Positions 38,389 through 52,691 of a stretch of 64,000 nucleotides of DNA are shown here, one piece after another. Under the pieces are notes generated by a model that was not told the DNA's origin, did not search any database, and worked only from the letters and a program-made list of their open reading frames with translations. The position numbers and the translations under genes are program-made. Every line of letters starts with the position of its first letter. The stretch's first letter is position 1. The stretch is from Selaginella moellendorffii (Eukaryota; Plantae; Lycopodiophyta), in assembly GCF_000143415.4 (NCBI RefSeq), contig NW_003314382.1:88210-152209 (forward strand), read 5' to 3'.

Positions 38389-39955
38389 TGTAAGCCACAA
38401 ATTTTTCCTTTCCAATTTGCCAGCTTACCTTGTCTATCCGACCAACACTGCCTTGGCTTGTGCTAAGTTCCCTTGCCAAGGTTCTCGCCTATTGTACCAG
38501 CTCTTACTTGGTCCTACTTGGTTTCAGCTACTCACTGCACGAGCAACGGAGTGTTAACCATCCATCTACGGATTCCCAAATCTCTCCCAATCCCCCTCCC
38601 CGGGTTAAACTGGACTTAAGGTTTAGCTACACTCCTTGCAGGCACAAGCAGCCAAGCACACCAAACCTCCAGGTTCCTAACACCCCTTGGTACAACAAGA
38701 CTTGATCATGGGACCCTCTAAATCCCAAGCCTTGGGTGCAGCACTTGCTTCGGGACGTCGGGGCGAAACACCGTGGCCTAACGGCCCGGTATGGGTAGCT
38801 CTACCCCCCCACTTCCATCCCGAAGGGAAGGCCATGCCCCTAGGAAGGGCGAGGACCAATGAGCCACAAGGTACTCAAGTAGGGCACCACTCCACATGAG
38901 CCGGGAGCATCGCAGTCGGTTTCCATTTCGGGAGTGGGAGCTGCTCTTGAACACTTCCCTGGGTGGCCCCTCCGGCACTACCCAAGCCCATGCTCACTCC
39001 CACCCAAGGCCCCTCAGCCCCAGTCTCAACCTCAAGTTAGTTTGGAAGCACCACTGGAGAGTTCCTTCAAAACTGGTTCCTGGACCTCACTATCCCTACT
39101 ATACTTTTGGAACCCCCTGCAGCCCCCCCCCCCCCCCCCCTGGGAGACGCACGCTTTGGGCTTTCACCCCTTGACCCGTATTAGTACTCGGACTTAGTCT
39201 CTGGCTCGATCTCAGACTCGATCTCGGATCCGACTTCGGATTCGGTCTCGGACTCGATCTTGGACTCGATCTCGAACCCGATCTCGGACCCGACCTCGGA
39301 CTCGAGCTCGGACTCAGTCTCGGACCCGATTTCGGATCTCGGACTCCGTCTCGAGCTCGGTCTCGAACTCGGTCTCGAACTCGGTTTCCGAGTCGATCTC
39401 GGACTCGATTCCGGACTCTATCTCGAGCTAGGTCTTAGAGTCGGTCTTGGACTCGATCTTAGACTTGGTCCTATCCGATGAACTCTTTATCATTTTGGTT
39501 ATGCTTTCGGGGCTCCTTTAGCCTACGACACCTCGGCGAGTTGGTTCCTTACAACTCCACCACCCATAGAAGAAGTTCGATGCCCACATCGAACATCTCT
39601 TTTTTATCCTACGACTTGTTAACCATGTCTCCGGGGGCATCCCCCCACTTAGCAGTGTGCCTAAGTTAGCCTCCCCGGCCAAGAGCCCATGACAATGGAG
39701 TATAGGTGTCCCTATGCTCTTCACCTCACCACGCCCTAGTATGGGGTTAGGACTTGAACCCAACCTTGCTTTACTAGGGGGTTGGGACTCGAACCCAACC
39801 TTCGTAGAATACGTCTACGGATTCGACATCCCCGCGGGGAGTCGGGCGTAGTGCCCTACGCCTGGTCGACCTAGCTAACCCATGCTAATTAGCTTACCTT
39901 CAGTGCGCCTTCGGGTCCCAACATATGCCATTGCTCAACTTCACCAATTGATACT

Positions 39956-41311
39956 TTAATTGAACTTTGCATAAGTACATAGAGTTTTGTCTCGCAGAAA
40001 TTCCTCCACTAGATCTCGCGCGTTCACTAGGTTCTCCTCCGGTTCCCATGTTGCTTCGCAGTGTGGAAATCCCTTCCACTTCACATGGAACTCTCTCACC
40101 TCGCGTCCTTGTCGCTTGCTCTTACGCGCATTGAGGATGGCTTTGACTTTGTATTCCTCTTCCCCTTGGATAACCTCAGGTAAATGTCTTACTTGGTCCT
40201 TGCAAAGCGGATCCTCAAAGTACGGCTTGAGTAAGTTCACGTGGAACACTGGGTGCATCTTCCCCATCTCTCGAGGAAGTCGGAGTCAGTAAGCCACTTT
40301 ACCGATTCGTGCCTCAATCTCGTAAGGCCCTGCGAACCTGCTTAAGGAACTCAAGATCAATTCATTTACAGGAATATATATGTTTTTACCTTTGGGTCAA
40401 CTTTCAGCTGATCCCACTTGGTAGCCTGAGGTTCTTGGTGTTCAGCCACACCTTCTCCCCAGCTTGGAATTCTACGTCCTGGCACTTCTGGTTCGCGTAC
40501 TTGGTTTGCCTTTGTTGTGCCTGTTCCAAGGAATCCCTCACTAGATTCCAAATGTTGAGTCTTTCCGCTGTGAATGCCTCCACTGCGGGTAGCTCTCCAT
40601 GATACTCGGCCACGCCGAGTTCCACAGGACCTTCAATAGCTCACCCATTGATGACTTCCCATGGACTCACCCCGATACTTAAATGTGGTGAGTTGTTATA
40701 ACACATTTCCGCAAGTCCCAAATGACTTACCCAATCTGTCTAGTCTCCCGAGACATAGCATCGCAAATAATCCTCCAGCTGCCTATTAACCCTTTCCGTT
40801 TGTCCGTCTGTCAAGAAGTGTTAGTGCCACCAAACTTGACTTAATACCCCATATCTGTCTGTGGGTGATAGGCTGTGCTGAATTTCAACTTGGTGCGATA
40901 CTATTCCAGGAGAGTCCTCCAGAACCTACTAGTGAAGATCTTATCTCGATCTGAGATGATCTCTTTTGGCCTTCCCCACACTCGAACCACTTGTTCGAAG
41001 AACAGCTTCGCCACACCTTCCACATCCACTTCTGTTGTGGTGGGTATGAAATGTGCCATTTTCGAAAATCGGTCCACCACCACGAATATCGCATCAAACC
41101 CCTCACTTGGGGGAAGTCCCGTGATGAAGTCCATCGTAAGACATTTCCACGAACGATCTGGAATCGGGATGCTTTGCAACAAGCCCCCACTAGCCTTAGT
41201 CACGGCTTTGACCTGCTGACATGTTGGATATGTCTTTACATAGTCTTGGACGTCCTTAGCCATATCTGGCCAATGGTACTTCCTCTTGAGTAAGCCCATC
41301 ATCTTGGGCAC
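39956..41311 (-). pseudogene. Integrase plus group-I chromodomain of element C (stops/frameshifts)
   Basis: YHWPDMAKDV..CQQVK, MDFITGLP, VVVDRFSKMAHFIP, IISDRD, HPVFHVNLLKPY, EYKVKAILNAR..FHVKWKGFPHCEATWEPEENL. Confidence 0.93.
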
Positions 41312-41328
41312 TCCTATTCAACCATCCT

Positions 41329-44300
41329 AGATGATAGTTAATCATCACCAATGATTGTTAAATGCAAAAACCAATATCAACATCGAAGTTAATAAGCCAA
41401 AATGCCTTCCCCAACAACTTCTAACAAATGGAACAATGAATATGAAAACTCAAGGAACTAAAAGCTTGAAGAAGTTTATAGCCAAGTCTTCCTTAATAAT
41501 GATCACAAGTCTTGCATAACTAATTTCAATGTTAAAGAAGAAATCATGGTATAACCCACAACATCCTCCTCAACATATCCATAAGCTAAACTTCATAATG
41601 CAAAGCTAATGAAGAGCATAACTGCATCAATCCAAAAGTTAAACATAACAAAGCAATGCTCAATAAGTGATCATTAAATGATCCTCCATGAATCCATCTT
41701 ATAGGAAGACATAACTCATTTCATAACAAGCACAAGAGGAATTATTAATGATCAATATATTCTTAACTCAAATCCAATAAGGACTCAAATATTTCAATAA
41801 CAATCACTAACCCTTCTTCTCGTAAAGCTAACATAGTTCATAATTAAATCACTTTTCAAGGAAAAGCTCAAAGCTCAACCTTTACTAAACAATCTTGTCT
41901 AGAACATATTAACTCAAACTTGCCACTCAGCTAATTTGAACGCCAATGTAGTTGCTAACTAGCAAATGCACGAATGCCAATAACATAAAATTATAGCCAA
42001 ATCATCAACACTATCTTCATCAAGACTAATGAAATTCAATATCAATCTTAAAGAGAGACATCTCATTTCACTTGAATCTCAACATCAACAATGTTAATGA
42101 CAAGGCATCACTTCAATGCCATCAACACCATAACAAAGCTAGATGAAAGCAAGAGTGAATCACCACTCAAAACTCCTTTAGCAACTAAGCTAACCAAAGT
42201 CGAAGATACTTTACTCAATATCCGAGACTAATCCTTCAGCAAAACTCAGTTACAGATAACACTTCCTTAAGGAGTGATTCACCACGTCTAAGACTCAATG
42301 AAATCTAACACCACAGACTAAACACAATCAAATGATATCGACAAAGGTAGAGTCAACATGCCAACATGGAAAACCCATGTAAGTTTAACGACATGATCCT
42401 CCACAACACTATCTGGTAAAGCAAACCCATCACTGCTAAATCATCATCGAGTGAAGTAAGTGTCAATAGTTCTTAGCAAAGTCTACAAGCAATCACTAGT
42501 TACAAAGTAGCTAACAATCACTCTTTAATTTGCCTTCACAAGACCTAAACATTAAACTCTTGCCATCAAGTCATATACTTGTCCAATGTGAACATAATAT
42601 CCCAGACATGAGATAAAGGTTCATGAACAAGCATAAACTAAATGACCACTCGAATCCAACTCAACCGCGATAAGCTCATAGACATGTTTAGTCAATAACT
42701 TTGAGCATGCCTTGAAGAGGCTGGCTATGCATAATCAACACTCAATCAAAACTAAAGTGAAGACTATGAGATGGAATCATATTGGTACACAACTTCCTCA
42801 TAGACAAAGTTATAGTATGGGTACCAATATCTCAGCCTCAACAACTAAGTTGGACATCACTATCCTTAGCCAAAGCGCAAGGCCATCAAGACCAAGTCAA
42901 GATCAATGAGAGCTCACTACTCTCATAGAGTTTAATGAAATGCAAGGTGCAATTTGCAACCAAGCATAACGCTACAGAAGAAAGGCACAAGGGTCACCCT
43001 TCTTAGAAAAGTGCAACAGCCACTTTTCTACACTAACTCTAGATTCTATCCAACTCAATTGCTTTAACCCCAAAAGTTAGCATCCCTTTTGGGCTGCATC
43101 ATACAAACTACATATGAAGGTCTAAGCTAACCGAAGTCAACTCCAACCCTTGCACTAGTTTGTACTGGCTTACAAAAATGGAATGGTTTTCAGGCAATAG
43201 ATCAGCCATTGGAAAAGTCTAAGAAAATTTGTGGAAAATTTCCATCATAGAGAAAGAATGACTCTTAGTCTAGGAATACAAACTTTCAAGACTCAACCAA
43301 CTTCCTACTACTTACAACTTCACATAAGTTCATCTCAACATAAATTCTCAAGACTTATAATATGCTTAAACATTGAACATCTTTGCCCATTCTTCCGACA
43401 TCCAACATCGACATTTGCAAAATGCAAAGTGAATATCCAAAGCTTGATCATGAAAACCACATCTTTGGATATTCACATTGCACTAACACCTTTCTTCAAT
43501 CACCTTCAAAATCTAATATGAAGCCAAAGCACTAACAAGAAAAATGATATGGAGAATCAAGCTCTAAGGAAAAATTCCTTATCACTCTACTATAATGCGA
43601 CTTCGTGCAAGTAGACTAACTTCACTATCAACCACTTTGGGGTTGATCATTGTTTAACCAAGCAACTTCGTAAATACATTGTTCATTATCACGTGGATAT
43701 AATATTAGTATCACAATGTTTTGATCATCAATTAAACAACACCGCGAGCAAAGCCTATATCATTACTTCAAAGGTTTATATGAATATCAAATGCCAACTC
43801 AATTCGACAAAATGCATGCCACACCCCATCGATAGAGATTTACAACACCCAATACCACTAACTTTTGTTCATAACACAGATAAACTTGTGCCACTCTTTC
43901 CGACCAAATTCAAAACTAATCTAACACCAAACTACTCAAGGAGCAATAGCAAAGTTCCTTGGAAAAGAATTGAGCATTGCAACCCAAGTTTTCCAATAGC
44001 AAGCCTAGACAAAATGATATAACACTTCACCACTATCCATCCCATGACTCACCACTTGTAAAATTATCATTTCCAATATGCATCAAGGTAGAGACTTTTG
44101 ATTGCATATTGTGAACATGAGCAATGAGTCACACCTCGTTGCAAATCATCTCTCCAAGAAGAGAAGATAATTTACATGTTTGATCCTTCGTCCTTGATAA
44201 CTCTTTTTTCGGTTTCATCTTTGACCCAACCTTAAACTTACTTTCGCACTGCCTTCAATTCAATTCAAGAAAAGTTTATGAGAGAGCACGCCAATAACTA

Positions 44301-44411
44301 CTTGAACCAATAGACTAATCCCTATACACTTATAATCATACCTAAAAAGGATCCATTAGTGCCGTGCTAAACAGCTACAAACCAACCTATTTGCCACTCA
44401 TAGCAAACCCA
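41329..44411 (-). mobile_element. Internal fragment of an A-family LTR element
   Basis: Colinear with ~27105-31548 (minus the TRIM); both ends abrupt, no LTR. Confidence 0.85.
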
Positions 44412-45947
44412 TTGGCTTTTGGATTTGGGATTGGACTGGTGAGCAAACAAACACAAGTTTTCTGCTGAAGTTTATTCATCTTTCTTTTCTCTCACGCAGG
44501 CAATGCATGGAGCACCAATGTACATCTCCGAAACATCACCATCTAAAGTACGAGGGACACTTGTATCTCTGAAGGAAGCCTTCATAGTTCTTGGCATTTT
44601 GGTAAGCAAACCACCACCTTCTTTCGTGTTTTAAGCCACTTTTTGCAGCTTGGATATCTAGCGGGCAGCGTAGAAATCTCCACTGTCGGAGGCTGGCGAT
44701 GGATGTACGCATTCGCGGCACCGATCTCGATCATCATGGGAATTGGGATGTGGTGGCTGCCACCCTCGCCACGATGGCTACTCTTGCGAGTGGTGCAAGG
44801 CAAAGGTGACATGAGCGAGCTCACGCGACAGGCTTGCGAGGCTTTCAAGAGGCTTGGAGGAGGATCAAGCAACATCACCCAAGAGGCTGTGGATTTGCAA
44901 GTGGATGAAACTGTCAAGTCGCTGGAGAGCTTGAGCAGGGAATCTGAGAGCGCGCAGCAAAGCGTCTGGGAGTTGTTCCGAGGAGGCAACTTGAAAACTC
45001 TGACGATTGGAACCGGCTTGGTCTTTTTCCAACAGGTTTGTTTTCTTTGTTCATGCTCGAGCAAAGTTTCATATTTTGTTCTGGTTTCTCTGGGATGTTT
45101 CTTTCAGGTGACTGGCGTCCTATACTATGCAGCCACGATCCTCCAGGTGAGTGGCAGCATGTCCTTTAGTTTTCTTTTTCGTTTTCTGAGTGAAACTTCG
45201 ATCCAGAGTGCTGGATTTGCTGTCGCAACGGATGCAACACGAGTCTCGGTTCTACTGGGTGTTTTCAAGGTTTGTTTTTCTCTTATAACTTTTGCCGAAA
45301 AACTTCGAATTGTAACAGCTTATTATGACTGGAGTTGCGGTTTTCAACGTTGATAAACTCGGACGAAGGCCTCTACTAATCGGTGGTGTCAGCGGCATTG
45401 TAAAGTTTCTCGCTTTTCTCTACCTCTCCGTGAAGATCTAACACGAAAATCCCGCAGGTTGTGAGCTTGTTCATGCTGGCGGCTTTCTTTGTCTTCGGAA
45501 AGGGCCTCTCGTTTCTCGCAGTCATTGCGTTGCTTCTCTACGTTGGTTGCTACCAGGTAAATCCCCTGTGCATCTTGTGATCATGCGCTTCATCTAACTT
45601 CTTGGAGCAAACAGATATCATTTGGCCCGATTTCATGGCTCATGATCTCGGAGATTTTCCCACTTAGAACACGGGGTCGAGCTCTCAGCATCTCGACTCT
45701 TGTCAACTTCGCAGCCAATGCTTTAGTCGCACTGGCATACTCACCACTACAGGTAAAGAGTATTCTTTCTCGAAAGAAATAACCAATCAATCAAACCACG
45801 CAGGAACTTTTGGGAGCGCCTCTGACTTTCGTGGGATTTGGAGTGATTGGAATCGTGGCGCTCGTCTTCATTGTTTCCACGGTCCCAGAGACAAAGGGAC
45901 TAAGCCTGGAAGAGATAGAACAGCAGCTCTTCGCGAGTAAGCAGTGA
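44412..45947 (+). pseudogene. 5'-truncated MFS sugar porter (VGT / D-xylose-proton symporter-like)
   Basis: Starts mid-protein at LAFGFGIGL-AMHGAPMYISETSPSKVRG; PPSPRWL, FFQQ-VTGVLYYA (the usual QPS is missing), VDKLGRRPLL, ISFGPISWLMISEIFPLRTRG, VPETKGLSLEEIE-..TGA at 45945-45947. Introns retained. Confidence 0.85.
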
Positions 45948-46285
45948 GTGATATAATGTCATCTGAAAGTATACAATCTAACTTTTCCATCTTTTGTTTT
46001 GATGGAAAGCTTGTAAACAAGAAGCTCTGTGCAGTGATCCTTTGAGACAGATATTTACACTTCCATCGCTAGAACCTTCCTCCAAAAACTAATCCCAAAA
46101 AACTAGAAAAGAGATATGGGCTGACCTTGAATTTTTCGCGTTTGTTTTCTTGGAGCTCGTGTACGTGATCTTCATGCTCTTCGTTTTCACTGTGCTCCAA
46201 GTTTGGTGCCGCTGGATCAGCAACACTCTCTTCTCCCTGGCACACATCACACGCATCGATTCAATCCAAAAACTTGACTGCAAAG

Positions 46286-47637
46286 TTATCCCACCTTGTT
46301 CCTGTTGCCATCCCACGTAAAGGCAAACTCGTCCTCTTTTTCAGCAGCAGCAGCAATATCTTGCAGAACATCTTCCCAAAGGTTCTCGTACTCCAAATCT
46401 GCAAACGGAAAACTCAGTCGAAGAATGCAACGAGCTAAAACAGATTCACCTCTGTCTTGTTGGAGGCTGACTTGCGATAAACGCCGCGGATTTTGACGTC
46501 CTTCTCTGTTGTACTTGTTCTTGATCTGTCTGCGTGACTTGCCAGGTATTAGCCGCTGGACGAGATCAAAATCAGTCCCAAACTGCTCAACAGCCAGCAA
46601 GAAAAATAACTTAATAAGAAAGGAAAAACCTCGGAGGCTCCTTACCTTGTAGAAGAGTTCCGTCTCTTCAGGTCTCCATCTCTCGTTGGCTGCGGTGCTG
46701 GTTCGGTAGTTCACCTTCCTGTGCGTTTCGTCTATGCGCCTGTAAGTCGCAGGGTCCTCCTCATTCAAGGCCCTGGCATCTAGATCGATGGCAATGCTCC
46801 CATTGATGATCCGCACTTGTGGAGCAACGTTTACTCTGTACAATCCAAGAAAACAATCTTATCGATACACAAGAGCATCGTATGTCTCAGCTACTTACTC
46901 CTGTATTCTCGTGACAGGAATACTCTCTTCCGGCTTTTGAACTTTTTCTTTTCCTCCTGAACAGAACCAAGATCACAGTAAGAAAGTTTTCAGAAACTAG
47001 AGCTACAAAGTGTCTTACTTTCTTCATCCTCTTCCTTTGCTTCGGTGAGTTTGATGAAATCTCTCAAGGACGCCTCTTTGATTAATGTCGGCAAGTCGAT
47101 ACTCACAGCTGGATGCACAATCAAAACCACGTCAAAAGGAAACGTAAGAGTTTTCTACCTGGCTCTTGTTTCTTGCGTGAAACCGACCGCTTGTTTCTCT
47201 TTGCCTTTGAACACTCGCTGGTACAAGTTTCAGTGCGCTAAAACACAAGAGGAGAGGAAAAGTAAAACAAGAAACAAGAAGAAGAAGACGTACCGATGAT
47301 GGCATAACCAGATCTGGCACTGGAGCCGGCGGTGCCAAAGTTGGCACAGAGTCACTTGGTGCTTCTTGCAGAGATAGAGGTTCTTCGCACTGATGATCGA
47401 CTATTGCATCCAATTCCACCTCGCTCAAAGTTTCGAGAGGGATTTCTGGATCTTTCTTCTCGGGCACTCTCTCCTCTTGAGCTGGCGTTTTGATTTCGCA
47501 TTCTCTACGAGGTCGGAGCTTCACTTTTGGATGAAAGGCGGAAGCGCGACTAGCTACAAAAAATAGTCATTCTCCCGTGAAGACCTAGCGCAGCGCTACA
47601 TACCATTGCCGCGCCCGCCTCGAGCGCTTGCCAGCAT
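46286..47637 (-). CDS. BDP1 (TFIIIB B-double-prime)-like SANT/Myb protein, possibly a decaying copy
   Basis: VAPQVRIINGSI, ERWRPEETELFYK-AVEQFGTDFDLVQRLIPGKSRRQIKNKYNREGRQNP; ATG at 47637. The acceptor before AVEQFG reads TG instead of AG (51-bp intron is in-frame and open). Confidence 0.72.
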
Positions 47638-47944
47638 TGCGCCCAAGAACCCTAAACCCTAGAAGAGGCGGGAACTGAATCCTATGTGGCAACAAAACAT
47701 GTCAAATAATAAACTGTCTAATAACGTGGGATATTAAATTAGATTGAGCCAACACACGCGGTGTGAACTCCATTTTCCTGCTTGGTGAGATCTCCTCCGC
47801 TTTGATAACCTTTGACTTTAAGCATCAATCATGCTATTTCCTATTAGTTTTCAACCTCTTCTCGCGGCTTGGAGCAGCAGAGCACTTTCGAAAACTCTAT
47901 AGATGTTCTTCGCGCTCATCAGATAGATTCCACAACGAACGGGA

Positions 47945-49868
47945 ATGTTGCTGGCGCTTGCTCTTGCTATCCCGCTGCTGCTGCTGGCGGACGCGTTTCC
48001 TCCGGATCCAGCTTTTTGCGACGACTCTGGAGATTGTTTCATCACCAATGCGTATGGGACATGGAACGACAGGTAGATTCATCACCTCTCCAGAGAAAAC
48101 AATTCTTCTCATGATCGATTCGATCCAAAAGGTTTGCAGAGTTTCTCAGATCGTGTATCCATCCAACGAGGAGGAGCTCCTGGAAGCCGTGGGCTATGGA
48201 GCCAAGAACAAGCTCAAGATGAAAGCCGTGACCAAGTCTAGTCACAGCCTTCCTCCACTGGCATGCCCAGGAGATGGCGCCGCCGCTGGCCTCCTCGCCA
48301 TTAGCACCGCCAACTACAGCCGCGGGATTGCCGTGGACGTGGCGTCCAAGGCGGTGGAAGTGGATGGCGGCGCGCAGCTCCAGGCGGTGCTCGACGAGGC
48401 CGCGCGGCATGGCCTGGCACTGGCGGCGTCTCCCTATTGGAATAGCCTCTCCGTCGCTGGAATCCTCAGCACTGGATCCCATGGGAGCTCCTGGCGTGGC
48501 AAAGGAGGAGCTCTCCATGATCACGTCCTCAAGCTTCGCATGGTGGTACCGTCCGGGAAGAATTCCTCCTCTTCTTCCTCACACAACGAATTTGCGAAGA
48601 TCGTCACTCTCACCCCCGGCGATGGCGATCTCTTCTACGCCGCGATCGTCTCACTTGGAACGATGGGAGTCATCTCAAAGGTCTTTTCGCACTCGAGCTC
48701 TCGATTTTCTTCTTGATCTGGCACTGGCATCTTCGCGATCGATCAATTCTATCCATTATAGGTGACGCTGGAGCTGGAGCCCATGTTTAAGCGATCGATC
48801 ACCAACGTGAGAACCTCCGACGTGGGCCTGGAAGACAAGATCGTGGCGTTTGGGAACGAGCACAAATTCGGCGACGTGATCTGGTACCCGTCCAAGCGAG
48901 AGGCCGTCTACCGGATCGACGATCGCGTCCTTGTCGACATACCCGGCGATGGAGTCAATGATTTCATCGGCTTCCAGCCCACATTGGCGCCTGCCATCGT
49001 CGCCCAAAGAGCTCTCGGTAAGAACCTTAGCCAGGATTCCTGAAACTAATGCTTATCGATCCCGACAGAGGAGACGCTGGAGGCGACGCGATCCTCCATT
49101 GGCAAGTGCAGCGCATCACAGACACAAGTATCGCTACTCCAAAGCCTGGGCTACGGCCTCAAGAACACACGTAGCCTAGGGCTCTTCACGGGCTACCCAG
49201 TGGTGGGATTCCAGCACAAAATCCAGACCGCCGGTGGCTGCCAAGATTCCGCGTCGAGGCTGCTCATCTGTGGCTGGGATTCCGCCAAGAATGCGCTCTT
49301 CTACCTCGAATCAGGCATCAGAATCCCAGCCCAGAGCATCGCGGCCTTCATCGCGGACGTGAAGCATCTGAGAGATTCCCACCCAGATGCCGGGGCCTTG
49401 TGCGGGATCGACCTCTACACTGGTGTCGTTTTGCGCTACGTGGCCGCATCGCGGGCGTTGCTCGGCAAGCCATTCGACGGGGTGGATGTGGGACTTACGT
49501 ACTACCGGTCACGAAATGGGAGTGTCCCGCGGCTCAACATGGACCTGTGGCAAGAGGTGGAACAGAAGGCCATTTCTAAGTACGGAGGCGTTCCTCACTG
49601 GGGGAAAAACACACCGGTCACCTTCTCGAATCTTGGGACTGGCAGCTCTCCAGTGCTGGAGAGATTTGTGGGAGCGATGAGGAGCAGCACCTGGAGCGAT
49701 CGACTTCTTGGCATCCAAGCTTTTGGAACTGTAATGGCAGCTGGGTGTGCATTAGAGGGTTTGTGCATTTGTGCAAGGGATGAGCACTGCGCACCAGAAA
49801 AAAGTTATTACTGTCGGCCAGGGAGAGTTTTCACAGCTGCTAGGGTGTGCAGATATGAAAATGCTTGA
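47945..49868 (+). pseudogene. L-gulonolactone oxidase / D-arabinono-1,4-lactone oxidase (GULLO) family gene, probably damaged
   Basis: Signal peptide, ITNAYGTWNDR, YPSNEEEL, SHSLPPLACPG, SPYWNSLSVAGILSTGSHGS, FTGYPVVG, YGGVPHWGKN, GCALEGLCIC. First intron has no in-phase AG (TCCA-AAAG at ~48127), and the DPxGxF segment before SSTWSD is missing. Confidence 0.75.
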
Positions 49869-50700
49869 TTACACCAAGGACTGATCAAACAGAAGTATAG
49901 CAATTTTGTTGTTGAGTAGTAATTAATATTTTAAACATTATGGTTTATATAGCCCATTAGCATAGCAATGAATATGTGCCTATATTATATGTTATATATT
50001 TACATATGTGTGGATTTAGTTTTTTCATTTTGAGTTGCATGCAAAAATATTATGCACACAACACTATATAACCAATCGAAATGTGATTGTATATATAATA
50101 TTTTTTTCATAGAATATGCCATGTATGGATGGGGCATAATATTTCAGATTGTCACGCAAAACTAATATCACATCATCTCATACAACATGAATTTAGTGAT
50201 TTTTTTTTTCCTTCTCAATTTTATATTATTGAGTGCAAATTTCTGATCTCTTAATTGTGACCATCTTTCTTGTAATTATACTTTATTTCTTATGGCTTAG
50301 AAGTGTATTTCAATTGCAGTTAAAACCACCGTGCTTTAACTGCTCTTGCAAGTGCCTCACATTTCTTGTGGCTTATTTGTGGTCTATCACATTAATTTAG
50401 GTTAGTACAAAGGTGAACACAATCAATTGGAGAGCAAAGGTGAGAACAAAGCTTTTCTTTGGGTTCTTAGAGTGTTGAGTATGGTAGTGCTTTTAACAAA
50501 CAAGTGGATCATGTTATAGTTGCAATTCTATTGATTTCTTGTGTTCTTAATCATATGTATAGCTTTTTGGAATTGTAGTGGTTTATTTCATTTAATACAT
50601 TACAAAGCAATAATGTAAGCCTTTTTTTCTTGGATTTTTGCTTCTTCATTTATGATTTATGGTTGTTTCAGTGATTGTGTTGGGTTTATAATGTAACATT

Positions 50701-50899
50701 TACTAATAACACTTTATTGCACTTCAGCACCACTTGGCTTGTTTGGATTTTTATTTTTATTATATTTTTATGATATATTTGATAGTTATAATTTTATACA
50801 CACACAAATAAATAATAAATATTTATTTATTTATTTATGTGTGTGTGTATATCTATAATAAGCCAACTGGTGCTAAAGTGCAATAAAGTATTATTAGTA
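50701..50899. mobile_element. MITE-like element, ~40-bp TIRs, TA ends
   Basis: TACTAATAACACTTTATTGCACTTCAGCACCACTTGGCTT at the left end and its near-perfect reverse complement ending at 50899. Confidence 0.7.
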
Positions 50900-51351
50900 C
50901 TTCATTTTCTCTAACTTTATTCTCTAGATATTATTATATCCACCATAGTAAAACAGATATAACAACTGTTAAAGTTTTAATTTTAAATTTTTTATTTAAA
51001 AATAATTATAAATAATAATACCTAATCATAAATTAATATCTATAATCATGAATTATTATTTATTAGTTTTAGTTATATTAAAGTTTACAATTGGTATATT
51101 ATCTGATGAGCCATGTGGTGGATGGATTAATACTTGTAAAATTCTAACACTTGAGCCTTTCTACTTAAGTGTTAGTGTAAGTTGTAAAAAAATTGATAAA
51201 TCTTGGCATCCATCCATTTTTGTAATTGGTCTTTGTAGTTATGAAATTTTATATTGTAATTTGTATCCAGAAAGGAAAGAAAATAATTTAATTTGTCATG
51301 ATTCTCAAGGACAGGAACTTAACCTTAATAAACTTGCAGGAAATAATGATG
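50817..51351. repeat. ~530-bp AT-rich direct repeat, copy 1
   Basis: Near-identical to 52906-53434. Confidence 0.92.
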
Positions 51352-51695
51352 GGCATGTTATTTGTTGCTCACCTCCATAACAAGAGCCAACATTATTTTC
51401 TCCATAATATTTAGTATTTTTATTTATTTATAATTATTTTATAAGATTATTTTTACATTTACTAATTTTAAATAATTTTATATCTATATAAGGTTTTAAA
51501 ATAATTATATATATTACAAATGTTTATATTTTTTATAATAGTTTCTAGTATGGTAAGCAGTTTGTGATGATAGTTTTTAGGAAGAGGTACACCTCCCAAA
51601 AAGGGAAGTACTTGTAGTTTGGCAAAAAATTATACAAACCTATAAAATTTATAAAATATAAACACATATGTGGTTGAATTGTTATAACACATATG

Positions 51696-51699
<4 letters not shown>

Positions 51700-51788
<89 letters not shown>
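51700..51788. repeat. (TA)n microsatellite
   Basis: About 44 TA units. Confidence 0.98.
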
Positions 51789-51790
<2 letters not shown>

Positions 51791-52691
51791 TATTAATTCC
51801 CCAAGCAATAGTGTATCAGAGGCTAGAATTTTTCTTTTTAAACAAATCTTTCAAACTTAATTTTGTGATGGGAAGGAGGTAAGAAATATTTTTTCTCTAT
51901 AATTTTTCAATTTTTTACTTTTAAATGTTATTTATGATGTCCACAATCATATCCTCTAAAATGATCTAGCTTGGGACATATACAAACTTTTATTTTACAT
52001 CATACTTTCTAAATGCCATAGCAGCTTTGCTTATGAAAAATAGAATAAAGTTTAAAATCTTCCTCTAAATAAACTTCTTTCAAATACAAATCTTTTTATT
52101 GTAACTCCATTAGAAGTCATCTCATATTTATCTAGTTTTTTCTTCTGCACTTAATGCAAAACTACAAGATAAGATATTGCATGATGCTACCAATTGCAAT
52201 TCCTCTCACTAGACTGATCTTGTGTACTCTCTTCCAATGGTATGCATTTGATAATCTTGCCACCCAAGCTGTATCATCACTTTCTCATTTTAATAAATGG
52301 TTTCCACTTTTTCCTTCCTTTGATCAATTTAGGCTTTATATACATTACTTGTTTCATGTGTGTTTCTTATGCTCTTGGAATGTTGAATATATTGATGGAT
52401 AGAGTGATCAATCAAATTTGTTATTATCAAGATGATATGAATGAGGTTGTTGGAGAGATGGGGGAGAAGTTGAGTATGATATGGTGTGGATTCATGAGCA
52501 CATCAAACCCCTAATAGGATTATTTAGATACATGATTATTCTAATTTTATATCAATTGTTACTAAAATATCCAAGCATATTTTAGATATATCTATTACCA
52601 TCAATTAATAAATTATAAAATAATAAATGTATTCCTCTTATCTATATAGAATAATATTTAAGCATGTTTAATGAGGTGAGAATATTACTTA

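Noticed and set aside
46286-47637. Functional link between the BDP1-like gene and nearby Pol III-type motifs in the retroelements
   Set aside because: The gene arrived with unrelated neighbours and appears damaged; proximity is most simply coincidence.
51048-51380. Duplicated 110-aa ORF (also 53131-53460)
   Set aside because: AT-rich, no motif; duplicated only because the DNA segment is duplicated.
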